This document shows positions 10,567-19,160 of a stretch of DNA of 64,000 nucleotides, in pieces (the stretch's first letter is position 1; the number at the start of each line of letters is the position of its first letter). This DNA comes from a virus. A program made the position numbers and the translations under genes. The notes under the pieces are model-generated. The model was not told the DNA's origin. It did no database searches and was given only the letters and a program-made list of their open reading frames with translations. The DNA lies in the IMG/VR virus record IMGVR_UViG_3300017917_001336, positions 83,568-147,567 of that record, one strand, 5' to 3'.

Positions 10567-10773
10567 GGGCAAACCTGTAGCTAAGTCTAGTGCGGGATCT
10601 ACATGTTCTACACTAGAACCAAAACGTATAATAAACTCTGTTAGTAACGGACCTTCTGGGATCCAAAAACGTGTACGATTTAAGTGCATTTCACTGGCTA
10701 TACTATGACTCTTGATATAGTTGATAACGTGTACAAAGTTTGGATTTTGGGTTAGAATATAATAGTGTCTCAT
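10561..10773 (-). CDS. hypothetical protein
   Basis: 70-aa ORF; TAAATA upstream on minus. Confidence 0.55.
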   Translation of the reverse strand: MRHYYILTQNPNFVHVINYIKSHSIASEMHLNRTRFWIPEGPLLTEFIIRFGSSVEHVDPALDLATGLPL

Positions 10774-10901
10774 GCTAGAATATTTACTTGTGTGCCCTTG
10801 GGACGAGTATTATTATAGAGCCACATGTGATAACGATGTAGTGTATTGTAGCTAGTACGATTAGGCGGGGATTGTTTTAAGTATTGAGCAGTTGTCCACA
10901 T
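10770..10901 (-). CDS. 43-aa hypothetical protein (MWTTAQYLK...)
   Basis: AAGGAGCGAA RBS; ATGA overlap with 10561..10773. Confidence 0.55.
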   Translation of the reverse strand: MWTTAQYLKQSPPNRTSYNTLHRYHMWLYNNTRPKGTQVNILA

Positions 10902-11155
10902 AGTTTCGCTCCTTGTGACAACGTATTTAATGATATTTGACTATTGCCCAGAATGGGTCCTGCAGGATAAAAAAATAGCCGCGCAAAAAATTATAGGGAA
11001 GTACTTACAGATTCATGATGGTGATTTTGAGTCTATATGGGGTGTTTTTTTAGGTTGCGCTGTTGCAAAAATGCCACACATTTTATATTATATACCCCGA
11101 CCCCCCATAAACCGAACCGAGCCCCACCGACCACCGAGAGGCCGAACCTGAGACC

Positions 11156-11204
11156 AAAAAAAACCCCTAGGATACCGGGAGCGAATCGGGTTTATACCTA
11201 GGGG
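11156..11204 (-). terminator. intrinsic terminator of the early transcripts
   Basis: CCCCTAGG/CCTAGGGG stem followed by T8 on minus. Confidence 0.8.
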
Positions 11205-11297
11205 CACTACAAAGGCCGTTGCCTCGTTGGCGTCGACCGCTGACAGCTTACCGGGAGCGAATCGTTGGGCTGTCTACTACAGTATGCACTACAGCTC
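11156..11297 (-). ncRNA. candidate 3'-UTR-derived sRNA with two AUUCGCUCC anti-RBS loops, ending in an intrinsic terminator
   Basis: Hairpins 11242-11274 and 11164-11204 each carry loop AUUCGCUCC; U8 tract at 11156-11163; middle hairpin 11214-11238. Confidence 0.6.
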
Positions 11298-12203
11298 TTA
11301 GCGGCTGTTACGCATACACGTTACTTCTACTACGCTACGCCAGTTGCTGGGCATACTAACACGAATGTCCGCAACCTTAAGCACCATACGCAGGCTTAGC
11401 TCTCGCATACGCTCTGCATTGTTATTAATGTAGTCTACTACTTCTTGCTTGTCCTCATCAGTTAGCTTGTAGTCATCGAGCATACCGCACTCGTTAACTA
11501 CCTGCTTGATACGCAACAGCTTCTCACGGGTAGTATCAATAGTCAGATCCAAATAGTGACAACGTGACTCCAATGCTTCCAAGTGATCGCGCAGCTTCTT
11601 TGACTTAACGTGATCGAACTTGATGTTGCTAATAAAGATAGCACCACCGTGGAAGTCGAAACTGTTGGGCACACCTTCTTGTCTAAGCAAACGGCTGTCC
11701 GTGTTCCAATGGATAGTACGCTTCTTACCTGAGTCTAGCGCAGCCTTTAGGATGTTCAAGCTAAGGTCATCTAGCAGTACAGAGTCGCAGTCATCAAACA
11801 CTAGGATGCATTTACGATCGCTGAACTCGTAGAGCTTTTTGTACAAGCCAATGGCACTCATTGCGCCCTTGACTACTTCGTATTTCTTCAGCTTGGTATC
11901 GTTGGCTACATTAGCAAACACATCATGCTTGCCCAGTACCCGTTCTACACCAAAGCTCTTACCAACACCCGGAGGGCCAGTTACGATCATAGCACGAACA
12001 TCACCCTTCTTTACAGCACGGGTCATGTCTTCTAGAATCTGAAAACGTTGGCCCAAACGTTCCATAATACTTTCATCGGACTCGGCTTTGAGCTGGCGCT
12101 CTTTTTCTTTAATATAGTCCTTGTCCTGCTCCAAGCTGGCTGTAGTGCCTGCTGAGCTCTTTTTACCTTTGGGCATGTCTGCTAGTGTCATTACTTTTGC
12201 CAT
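11298..12203 (-). CDS. AAA+ family ATPase
   Basis: Walker A GPPGVGKS, Walker B ILVFDDCD, sensor ISN, Arg finger ALESR. Confidence 0.85.
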   Translation of the reverse strand: MAKVMTLADMPKGKKSSAGTTASLEQDKDYIKEKERQLKAESDESIMERLGQRFQILEDMTRAVKKGDVRAMIVTGPPGVGKSFGVERVLGKHDVFANVANDTKLKKYEVVKGAMSAIGLYKKLYEFSDRKCILVFDDCDSVLLDDLSLNILKAALDSGKKRTIHWNTDSRLLRQEGVPNSFDFHGGAIFISNIKFDHVKSKKLRDHLEALESRCHYLDLTIDTTREKLLRIKQVVNECGMLDDYKLTDEDKQEVVDYINNNAERMRELSLRMVLKVADIRVSMPSNWRSVVEVTCMRNSR

Positions 12204-12257
12204 GTGTGTTCGCTCCTTTATTTAAAACATCTAGTATACTATCGAATGCAGTCTTGG

Positions 12258-12416
12258 TCAACTCTTTTGAAACACGCTTTGCACATAGCACTCGGAGCCA
12301 TATTGGGCTTCTACTAGTGCTCGAGCCTGTTGCGGATGGTTGGCCTGAACCACTTGGGTAATGTTTCTCAGTTGGGTGTCGCCACCCACTGAGAATGTAA
12401 CTTCATACATGTTCAT
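12258..12416 (-). CDS. 52-aa hypothetical protein
   Basis: TAATG coupling to the upstream gene; MNMYEVTFSVGG...EAQYG. Confidence 0.6.
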   Translation of the reverse strand: MNMYEVTFSVGGDTQLRNITQVVQANHPQQARALVEAQYGSECYVQSVFQKS

Positions 12417-12757
12417 TAGTCGAGCCTCGAACCTGCGTAAGCATCAAACCCATACTTGCGGAGTACTTGGGCGCAAGCTTCTGCACCCGCTTCTAGTGTA
12501 TCCACGTTCTGGACATAGAGCCCGGATGGGTTCCAAAGCTGGAATGCCTTGTTATAGCTTTGGCGGATGCCTGCTTCTTTGAGTGTGCGACCCAGTTTGG
12601 TGTTGCCTTTGATACCCAGGATATCAACCCAGGCAAAGCCACATGCGAACTGGTCACGTCCGCCTAGTTTGGTTTGGAAGAACAGGGTTGCTGCTTCGGT
12701 AGCTGCTTGGCTAGCTTCTGCTACGATGTCTTTGACTTGCTCGACTGTATATTGCAT
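12416..12757 (-). CDS. hypothetical early protein (CGFAWV motif)
   Basis: Own promoter and GGAGCGA RBS. Confidence 0.75.
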   Translation of the reverse strand: MQYTVEQVKDIVAEASQAATEAATLFFQTKLGGRDQFACGFAWVDILGIKGNTKLGRTLKEAGIRQSYNKAFQLWNPSGLYVQNVDTLEAGAEACAQVLRKYGFDAYAGSRLD

Positions 12758-12929
12758 GGTTCGCTCCTTGCTGTGTTGTTTAAGTATGTATTATACTATT
12801 TCAGGGCCGGGTTGTCAACCGTTTGATTCCGGTATTTTTGGACTAGACCTTCTGCGGCCATTGCGATGCAGAGTATAGCAAGGAATGCCCAAAGCTCGAT
12901 GGTCATATAAAATGCGTTGATTACTTCGT

Positions 12930-13262
12930 TCATGCTGCCTCCTTAAGGGTTAGAATTTTTGCAGGGTAAGTAATAGAACCTTCCCACTCCAACTGGCTCT
13001 TTTCGAACTCAGTCATGTAATCATCGGCTACTACACCGTAGGACACGATGTATTGGCGTGAGCCTATATCATCCCACTCTACTTCAGAACGGAAGTAGTT
13101 GACCAGCTCTGCTAGAGCTTCATCGGAGCGACCTGCTGCACCCAGCGGATAGAAGTAGTCCTCACCGCCTTTGAACTTCCAATACTGTGGGCACTCGCCG
13201 GTGCCGTCCCAATCGTGGGCACCATAGTTTTCCATGTATTGGCAAGTAATGTGCAGTTTCAT
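12930..13262 (-). CDS. hypothetical early protein (ENYGAHDWDG..CPQYWKFKGG)
   Basis: Own promoter and GGAGCGAAT RBS. Confidence 0.8.
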   Translation of the reverse strand: MKLHITCQYMENYGAHDWDGTGECPQYWKFKGGEDYFYPLGAAGRSDEALAELVNYFRSEVEWDDIGSRQYIVSYGVVADDYMTEFEKSQLEWEGSITYPAKILTLKEAA

Positions 13263-13324
13263 ATTCGCTCCTTTGTTTAACTTATGCTGCTAGTATAGCA
13301 AATTTGGGCTAGGCTGTCAACCAA

Positions 13325-13552
13325 TTAGTCCCAGCTCTTTTTATCACCGAACTGCTCGTTCCACTGGTAGCCTGCGAGATAGGCTTGAACTTCTGTAGGT
13401 GTTAGATCCGTTACACGATCCGATGTGCCAGTGCCACCAACATAGTAATGTGGCTGGCGTCCACGGCCGTAGTAGCTGTCTGCAGAGCCTCTATCAAAAG
13501 GGCCGCCGTGGCGTTGATCGTATGCGTCTCGGGATTCGTATGTAAATGGCAT
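13325..13552 (-). CDS. hypothetical early protein
   Basis: RBS places the start at 13552 (MPFTYESR). Confidence 0.75.
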   Translation of the reverse strand: MPFTYESRDAYDQRHGGPFDRGSADSYYGRGRQPHYYVGGTGTSDRVTDLTPTEVQAYLAGYQWNEQFGDKKSWD

Positions 13553-13636
13553 TGTATCGCTCCTTGTTAGTATGTGTACATTATAGCAAGGAACAGCCAA
13601 ACTGTCAACCGTTTGGTTGTTGTATTTTTACAACAG

Positions 13637-13713
13637 TGGCCTGCCCGGAGGGAATCGAACCCCCAACCTACGGCTTAGAAGGCCGTTGCTCTATCCGGTT
13701 GAGCTACGGGCAG
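13637..13713 (-). tRNA. tRNA-Arg(TCT)
   Basis: Cloverleaf CTGCCCG...CGGGCAGG-CCA, anticodon loop CT-TCT-AA, GGTTCGA T-arm. Confidence 0.95.
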
Positions 13714-13718
13714 ATGAA

Positions 13719-13796
<78 letters not shown>

Positions 13797-13803
13797 GGTT
13801 GTG

Positions 13804-13992
13804 TTATCTACTTAGCTGTTTGATTGATTGGTAGTCACCATCACTGGTTTCTTCGAATACTTCTACAAAGTCGCACCCGTCATTAAATGTACGTTCTGCG
13901 AGTTGTATTGCTTCCTTCTTAGAGTGTGTGGTTTCGATGAGTTCTTGATGGCCATCTAGCTCGGCCCAAACTTCATACTGAGTCCAGCTCAT
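13804..13992 (-). CDS. hypothetical protein
   Basis: ORF in the coupled early operon. Confidence 0.7.
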   Translation of the reverse strand: MSWTQYEVWAELDGHQELIETTHSKKEAIQLAERTFNDGCDFVEVFEETSDGDYQSIKQLSR

Positions 13993-14164
13993 TTCTTTCT
14001 TTCTGGTTAAGAAGATCGCAAAGCATCTGTCCTAGTTGCTCTGCTTCGTGTCTATTGTCTCTTGCAATGATGCAGAGCACCCGCCCAGCTGGGACTGATT
14101 TAAAGTCCCTAACAACTACCCTATTAGGGCCGTAGTCGTCACTGAGCGAGCATCCGTATCGCAT
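13973..14164 (-). CDS. hypothetical protein
   Basis: Starts directly after the upstream stop. Confidence 0.6.
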   Translation of the reverse strand: MRYGCSLSDDYGPNRVVVRDFKSVPAGRVLCIIARDNRHEAEQLGQMLCDLLNQKERNELDSV

Positions 14165-14530
14165 TTAGAAAGGTGCGTCTTCTGCGTCTGCAGGAACAGC
14201 AGCCTTAGCCTTAGTCTTTGACTGTGCCTTAGCAGGAGCCTTCGCAGGTGCTGCCTTAGCTTTAGGAGCTTTGGGTGCCTTAGGAGCCTTGTCTTCCAAG
14301 TACTCCGCAATCGCTGACTGTGCAGCGGCGTCCTGGAACTCGTCCATAGACTGAAGCTGTTTGACAGCCTCATACTTCGAAACAGCTTCGTCGAGCTCAG
14401 CAAGACGAATGTCTTCGTGGCCATGTTTAGCCAGTACTTTGATACGCATAATATCAGTTGCAAAGCGCACCTTGTACTCGCCATTGAGTTTCGAAACGCC
14501 AACGATGTTAAAAGTTTTATCTGTAGCCAT
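14165..14530 (-). CDS. hypothetical protein with a Lys/Ala/Pro-rich histone H1-like tail
   Basis: KAPKAPKAPKAKAAPAKAPAK tail; GAAAGAGG RBS before MATDKTF. Confidence 0.7.
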   Translation of the reverse strand: MATDKTFNIVGVSKLNGEYKVRFATDIMRIKVLAKHGHEDIRLAELDEAVSKYEAVKQLQSMDEFQDAAAQSAIAEYLEDKAPKAPKAPKAKAAPAKAPAKAQSKTKAKAAVPADAEDAPF

Positions 14531-14599
14531 TGTAATACCTCTTTCTGTGTGTGGTTTAAGTTTATATGCCAGTTTCCTTAGCATGTTTCTATTATAAGT

Positions 14600-14869
14600 T
14601 CATTTGCTCGGTTTGTCAACCGTTTTGTGCCTCTTTTGGGCAACCAATTTCTCTTTCTCTTTGCCAAATTCCTTTTCTGAGTAGTATTCAATCAAATGGT
14701 GTCTAATCATTAGGGTTAGATCCATTCCGGAATCATCTGGGCAGATAAATCGGACTGGACAGTATCCCCAACTCCTCGTTTGGACAAACTGGTAATACCA
14801 GCGCCTATGATCCTTGTTGTAAGGATCAAAGGCTACCAGCGGGCGTGAATAATATTCTAACTTACTCAC
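14600..14869 (-). CDS. hypothetical protein
   Basis: 89-aa ORF, WGYCPVRF. Confidence 0.6.
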   Translation of the reverse strand: MSKLEYYSRPLVAFDPYNKDHRRWYYQFVQTRSWGYCPVRFICPDDSGMDLTLMIRHHLIEYYSEKEFGKEKEKLVAQKRHKTVDKPSK

Positions 14870-14919
14870 GATCCTCTATCCATAGACGCATAATTGCATC
14901 CAATTGGTCCATCGCTTCT

Positions 14920-15555
14920 TTACTTGCTACCATGTGGTTCCAATCCTCTCTTTTCAATGCCATCTTCATACCATTCCTGGACTTCGTCCATTTCCTCTGC
15001 TTCATACTCTGCCATTGACTCACTGATACCAAACATCTCGTCCAGTTCCTCGCCAATGGTGTCTACAACAGTCTTAGAGTTGGTGCCACCGTAATCGTAG
15101 CACTCGTCGTAACCGTCTTCGAACTTGCCCACATAAGCCATACCTGGCTCGTAGTAGTAAGCACGAACTTCAAAGCCTTGCTCAACCAACTCTTCGTAAA
15201 CACCCATAGGAGGGCTCCACGCAGAGTCAAATCCAAATTCAATAGTGTTGTCTTCTACAACAACAGCCTCAGGGTCATAAGCATCAACATCCCATTTGGT
15301 GCCCCAGCGGCCTACGCAGAAGTCATACCAGTTGCCATAGCCATACTTCTCGACATTTTCAGCAGTCTTACGAACCAATTCAATTTGGTCCGGGTTGTCA
15401 TCGCTACCCACGCAACCTGCTACAATGTTCAGGTCCTCTGGAACAGGAATGACGTGTTTAAGGAATCTGCCTTCGCGGACAGCACTCGCAAGCGCCTCTA
15501 TTTTAGCAGAGTCAGTGTGTGAAATTGTGACGTTGTTATTGCACCAATTAGGCAT
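14920..15555 (-). CDS. MPNWC-start protein (DUF1281/YubB ferredoxin-like family)
   Basis: MPNWCNN, NWYDFCVGRWGTKWD, FDSAWSPP, YYYEPGMAYVG. Confidence 0.75.
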   Translation of the reverse strand: MPNWCNNNVTISHTDSAKIEALASAVREGRFLKHVIPVPEDLNIVAGCVGSDDNPDQIELVRKTAENVEKYGYGNWYDFCVGRWGTKWDVDAYDPEAVVVEDNTIEFGFDSAWSPPMGVYEELVEQGFEVRAYYYEPGMAYVGKFEDGYDECYDYGGTNSKTVVDTIGEELDEMFGISESMAEYEAEEMDEVQEWYEDGIEKRGLEPHGSK

Positions 15556-15573
15556 AGTTCGCTCCTATGTTGT

Positions 15574-15837
15574 TTAAGAAAATTCGTAAAAGGTTACGCT
15601 AGGGTCAATGCTCATCAACTCGCGGGCTGCACGGCGCAGATAAGTTGCACGGTCCTGCAGGGCCTTACCACGCAGTTCGCCATCGCAAGTAAGGTTCTCT
15701 GGGCTAAGGTCCGCATCCAAAGAGTTCGCAATCTTCTGGCGGTCCTCTGCGTTGAGCAGGCTCAAGGCCTTGCTACCAAAGATAGCACCCCAACGGTTCT
15801 TTTGCTCTACATAGTGTTCGATAGTTGAAATATTCAT
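15574..15837 (-). CDS. hypothetical early protein (LSPENLTCDGE)
   Basis: Promoter and GGAGCGAA RBS. Confidence 0.75.
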   Translation of the reverse strand: MNISTIEHYVEQKNRWGAIFGSKALSLLNAEDRQKIANSLDADLSPENLTCDGELRGKALQDRATYLRRAARELMSIDPSVTFYEFS

Positions 15838-15883
15838 TTTCGCTCCTGTTTATTTACTATAACTCTATTGTAAGCTCAAATGA

Positions 15884-16129
15884 TCACTTTGTCAACCGGA
15901 ACTGATCAATAACCCTATTAGCTTCAGGGAAATCGGTGTTGTTTTTCTGCAACATTTCCTCGTCCACGCACTCCATAATCATTAGACGCTGGAGCAGTTC
16001 TGCTTGGTGTTGCTGGGCAGGGTCGAGCGCATCGTACCAGTTGAGGAAGTCCTCTTCGGTTTCAAGTTCGTTCCACATGAAGTCCAGCATCTCCACTTGT
16101 TCTTCAGTTAGGTTGTTGATCGTAGGCAT
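15884..16129 (-). CDS. acidic hypothetical protein
   Basis: 81-aa ORF in the operon. Confidence 0.65.
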   Translation of the reverse strand: MPTINNLTEEQVEMLDFMWNELETEEDFLNWYDALDPAQQHQAELLQRLMIMECVDEEMLQKNNTDFPEANRVIDQFRLTK

Positions 16130-16130
16130 A

Positions 16131-16307
16131 TTAGGAGTTGATAGTTGCGTTAGGGCTGTATTCCTCGTCTACACCGCACCCGTTGGACTCAATCCAATCG
16201 TATACGATATCCACAGGACAGCCTAGTTGGACAGCAATACTCTTAGGGCCATAGCCCTCAATGTAGAGCTGTTCAATGTCGTATGCTAGGTCTTTCAGTT
16301 TAGTCAT
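16131..16307 (-). CDS. 58-aa putative helix-turn-helix protein
   Basis: LYIEGYGPKSIAVQLGCPVDIVYDWI HTH pattern; GAGGAG RBS; below the ORF-track cutoff. Confidence 0.55.
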   Translation of the reverse strand: MTKLKDLAYDIEQLYIEGYGPKSIAVQLGCPVDIVYDWIESNGCGVDEEYSPNATINS

Positions 16308-16512
16308 CGTAGGCCTCCTCGCCCAATTCAGTTACTTCTTCTTCCAGCACCATTACGTCAATGATGCGAGCTGTTTGATCTTCGTTGCTTACGCCCTGGA
16401 ACGCAGTACGAAAGGATTGATACTCACCGAGGAAGTCATAGACATCCATTCGGTCCCAGCCCTCTGGCACTTCAATCTCTTGCCGGAGGATAGTTGTTAC
16501 ATAGGCTTTCAT
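16300..16512 (-). CDS. hypothetical protein
   Basis: ATGA overlap, AAGGAGG RBS. Confidence 0.7.
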   Translation of the reverse strand: MKAYVTTILRQEIEVPEGWDRMDVYDFLGEYQSFRTAFQGVSNEDQTARIIDVMVLEEEVTELGEEAYDD

Positions 16513-16991
16513 GCTGCCTCCTTCTCTGCTTGGAACGCAAATGCTTCTTCCAGTGTAAGGAACTCGCCGTCAGTGCCGTAAAAGTCAACAAACCAAGTAG
16601 CCTTGCCGTTTACATTGCGCAGGATGTATTCGTACTCCTCACGCTGGTGCTCTCGTGCATATTCCTCAAAGTTCTTAAAACGCTTGGCACCCACACCCTC
16701 TTCGCCGCGATCGCGACCGTAGAAGGTAGTAATTTGTTGGCGTGCTTCTTGCTCTGCTTGGTACTCAGGGGTACCGTACTTGGCTTGTATGTCAAAGCTG
16801 TGCTTCTCGCCAATCTCAGGGCCCAGCGAGCTAACATCGCCCAAGTCCATAAGCTTCTGCACTTTGAAGGGATCCATGTAGTGATCGCGCAGGATAACAC
16901 CGTTGTGATCTAAGTAACCGTCCCAGTGGCAGTAGATCTGATCCACAGTACCGTCTGCGTATTCAATTGCAATAGTTGATCGTGTAGCCAT
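16509..16991 (-). CDS. conserved phage hypothetical protein (MATRS..IYCHWDGY)
   Basis: Promoter and GGAGCGAA RBS. Confidence 0.8.
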   Translation of the reverse strand: MATRSTIAIEYADGTVDQIYCHWDGYLDHNGVILRDHYMDPFKVQKLMDLGDVSSLGPEIGEKHSFDIQAKYGTPEYQAEQEARQQITTFYGRDRGEEGVGAKRFKNFEEYAREHQREEYEYILRNVNGKATWFVDFYGTDGEFLTLEEAFAFQAEKEAA

Positions 16992-17047
16992 TTGTTTCGC
17001 TCCTGTGTGTGTTTAAGCCTTAATTATACAACCTTTTGGGTCCGCTG

Positions 17048-17284
17048 TCAAGCCACTTCTTTGTAGACTTTGTAGCCGTAGATCGCCAGCTTGCGGATAG
17101 CCGATTGGATCTCGCCGTAGGTCTCGTTGAGGTCTTCTAGGCACTTCTTAGCATCTTTGATAGTGTCTGCGGTGCAGGTCTCGCCTGAGTAGATGTGTCT
17201 GCAGTCGTAGTAACGATCGCCATCGTCAGTGACCAGTTGGTAAGTGCCAAAGGTCTTGTACATTGTCATCTCGCCTGTTTTCAT
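17048..17284 (-). CDS. hypothetical protein
   Basis: AAGGAGCGA RBS places the start at 17284. Confidence 0.7.
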   Translation of the reverse strand: MKTGEMTMYKTFGTYQLVTDDGDRYYDCRHIYSGETCTADTIKDAKKCLEDLNETYGEIQSAIRKLAIYGYKVYKEVA

Positions 17285-17299
17285 CGCTCGCTCCTTGTT

Positions 17300-17497
17300 G
17301 ATTAATCTGTTGGGGAACTCCGGACTAGCCGCTAGCACCGTCTGCTAGATCGTCTGCCTTCGTCATTACCGCCTACCTTCTCCGCCGCTTCTCCGAGCTT
17401 ACGCCCTGTTTCATGTGCTTAGATTGAGCGTGACCGTCGCCACTGTCCTAACCCTCTAAGCACCTAACGGTGTAGGTAACCCCTAATTCCTTACTAT
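17300..17497 (-). ncRNA. candidate structured RNA / long 5' leader
   Basis: About 200 nt non-coding after promoter 17504-17532; stems GTGCTTAGA/TCTAAGCAC, CTAGCA/TGCTAG, TTACC/GGTAA. Confidence 0.45.
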
Positions 17498-17500
17498 GTG

Positions 17501-17758
17501 TTAATTATAAGCCCAAACCTCAACCTTGTCAACCTCTGCAATAACCCTACTGCCTGTATGGGTAATGTAAACTTTAGTACTATCTGTACCGCCTTCAACT
17601 AGGAAGACAGCCATGTAGACGAATTGCCCACCGTTGCTTATGCCCAGGAACTTGCACGAGCTGAACGCAGGGCCCTTATAGCCATTCTCGCGGGCTAGGC
17701 TGTTGAGCGTAGGCCCATTGTAGGAGATAAGAGTTTTTAGTGTCTCTGGGGTAATCAT
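17501..17758 (-). CDS. hypothetical protein
   Basis: GAGGAGCC RBS. Confidence 0.65.
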   Translation of the reverse strand: MITPETLKTLISYNGPTLNSLARENGYKGPAFSSCKFLGISNGGQFVYMAVFLVEGGTDSTKVYITHTGSRVIAEVDKVEVWAYN

Positions 17759-17907
17759 TTAGGCTCCTCAATTTTTAAGTTAGACAACACGGCTTCTAGT
17801 GTGTCGTAAGCCATTTGCCAACGATCCCCAGGGATGTTATAGATCTGACTAATAGCATCGTTGAGAGTAGCTAGAGCCTCTAGCTTCTTGTAGTCTTGCT
17901 CAGTCAT
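17755..17907 (-). CDS. 50-aa hypothetical protein
   Basis: ATGA overlaps at both ends. Confidence 0.6.
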   Translation of the reverse strand: MTEQDYKKLEALATLNDAISQIYNIPGDRWQMAYDTLEAVLSNLKIEEPK

Positions 17908-18224
17908 TCTGCATCCTCCTCTACTGCTTCGTCTTCCAAGCAGTCAAAGCAGTCCTCTACACGATTGTGTCCCTGATAGATAGTGTAGTCGCCAATTTGT
18001 GTTTTACATTCTTTGTCAATGTACTCGAAGCCGCCGTAGTACTCTAAGCTACGGGCATTGTCGCTAACAATAACACGCTCGCCTCTGTCAATGTACACAC
18101 GGCCGCAACGGATGTCTAGTCCCAGCTTGTCAGCACTCACCCGTTCCATACCCGCTACAAAACGCTCAATGCCGTAGCTAACCTCGTCTACAACATCCAA
18201 AATGCTAGTGCAGTCTTTAAACAT
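17904..18224 (-). CDS. hypothetical early protein (LEYYGGFEY)
   Basis: Promoter and GGAGCGAA RBS. Confidence 0.75.
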   Translation of the reverse strand: MFKDCTSILDVVDEVSYGIERFVAGMERVSADKLGLDIRCGRVYIDRGERVIVSDNARSLEYYGGFEYIDKECKTQIGDYTIYQGHNRVEDCFDCLEDEAVEEDAE

Positions 18225-18280
18225 AGTTTCGCTCCTTTTGTTTAACTTAGCCTATAGTATAGCACCGAGGGCCCAAACTG

Positions 18281-18517
18281 TCAACCCCATGCTTTCAATA
18301 ACCCTGCACAGCACACAAGTATTCCCGCAAGGTTGACAAGGATTTGTGCTTTGTTGCGTACCCTATAGCTCCACATAAAATAAAAGCTACCACCGCATAG
18401 CCCTGCTACTAAATTGTAGGGGTACAGTTGGGGGTAAAAAGACATTAATATGTACATTGTGAGGAGGCACATAGTGCCTGCCCACTGTAGCATATTATTA
18501 AACATTGTCTGCCTCAA
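18281..18517 (-). CDS. small membrane protein (about 3 TM)
   Basis: Hydrophobic segments; true start may be 18505. Confidence 0.6.
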   Translation of the reverse strand: MRQTMFNNMLQWAGTMCLLTMYILMSFYPQLYPYNLVAGLCGGSFYFMWSYRVRNKAQILVNLAGILVCCAGLLKAWG

Positions 18518-18683
18518 ATTCCATTACGTCACAGCGCAAGTCCTCTACAATGTCCTCAATCCTGCAATGCGTCTCATAGCACACGTCACTGTCACCCAGT
18601 GCATCTTGTATAAGTGCGTCTGCGTCCTCTAGCAATTCCATTGCCTCGCGCAGTTTAGCTGCTTTTTGTTTTGCTGTTAGCAT
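18498..18683 (-). CDS. hypothetical early protein (proline-free)
   Basis: Promoter and RBS; inside the GA/GG-free tract. Confidence 0.7.
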   Translation of the reverse strand: MLTAKQKAAKLREAMELLEDADALIQDALGDSDVCYETHCRIEDIVEDLRCDVMEFEADNV

Positions 18684-18761
18684 AGTGTCGCTCCTTGCTG
18701 TTTAAGTGTTTTAATTATAGCGCACATAGCCCAATCTGTCAACCATGTGCGCTTGTGTTAA

Positions 18762-19094
18762 TTAAAACGCCCCTTCAAAAATTTGTTGTGTTTCGTATGC
18801 ATACAAATCGCCTGTAGCCTTTTCGCGTACAGTAATCCAATCCTGTGCATAAAAGCGTTCTTGCTCATATGCGCTACCCATAAAAAAGTAACAGTCTACA
18901 GTCTCAAACTCAATCTCGTCTGTAGCAAATTGTTTAACAATGTATTCACCACATTCATCAGCGTCTAACGCATACCCGTGTTCACCAACGCTACCTAGTA
19001 CATTAGCAATCCAGCGTTCCTGCTGCTCTTGCGTGTCCTCTGTGTATGTAATGTCTTGCAGTTTGCACAATTTTACAAAATTACGCTTTTCCAT
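18762..19094 (-). CDS. acidic hypothetical early protein (proline-free)
   Basis: GGAGCGAA RBS; inside the GA/GG-free tract. Confidence 0.7.
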   Translation of the reverse strand: MEKRNFVKLCKLQDITYTEDTQEQQERWIANVLGSVGEHGYALDADECGEYIVKQFATDEIEFETVDCYFFMGSAYEQERFYAQDWITVREKATGDLYAYETQQIFEGAF

Positions 19095-19160
19095 TTTTCG
19101 CTCCTTCTAATTACAGTACAGCTAGTATAGCACAGCTAGCCTAGCTGTGCTGTGCTTACA

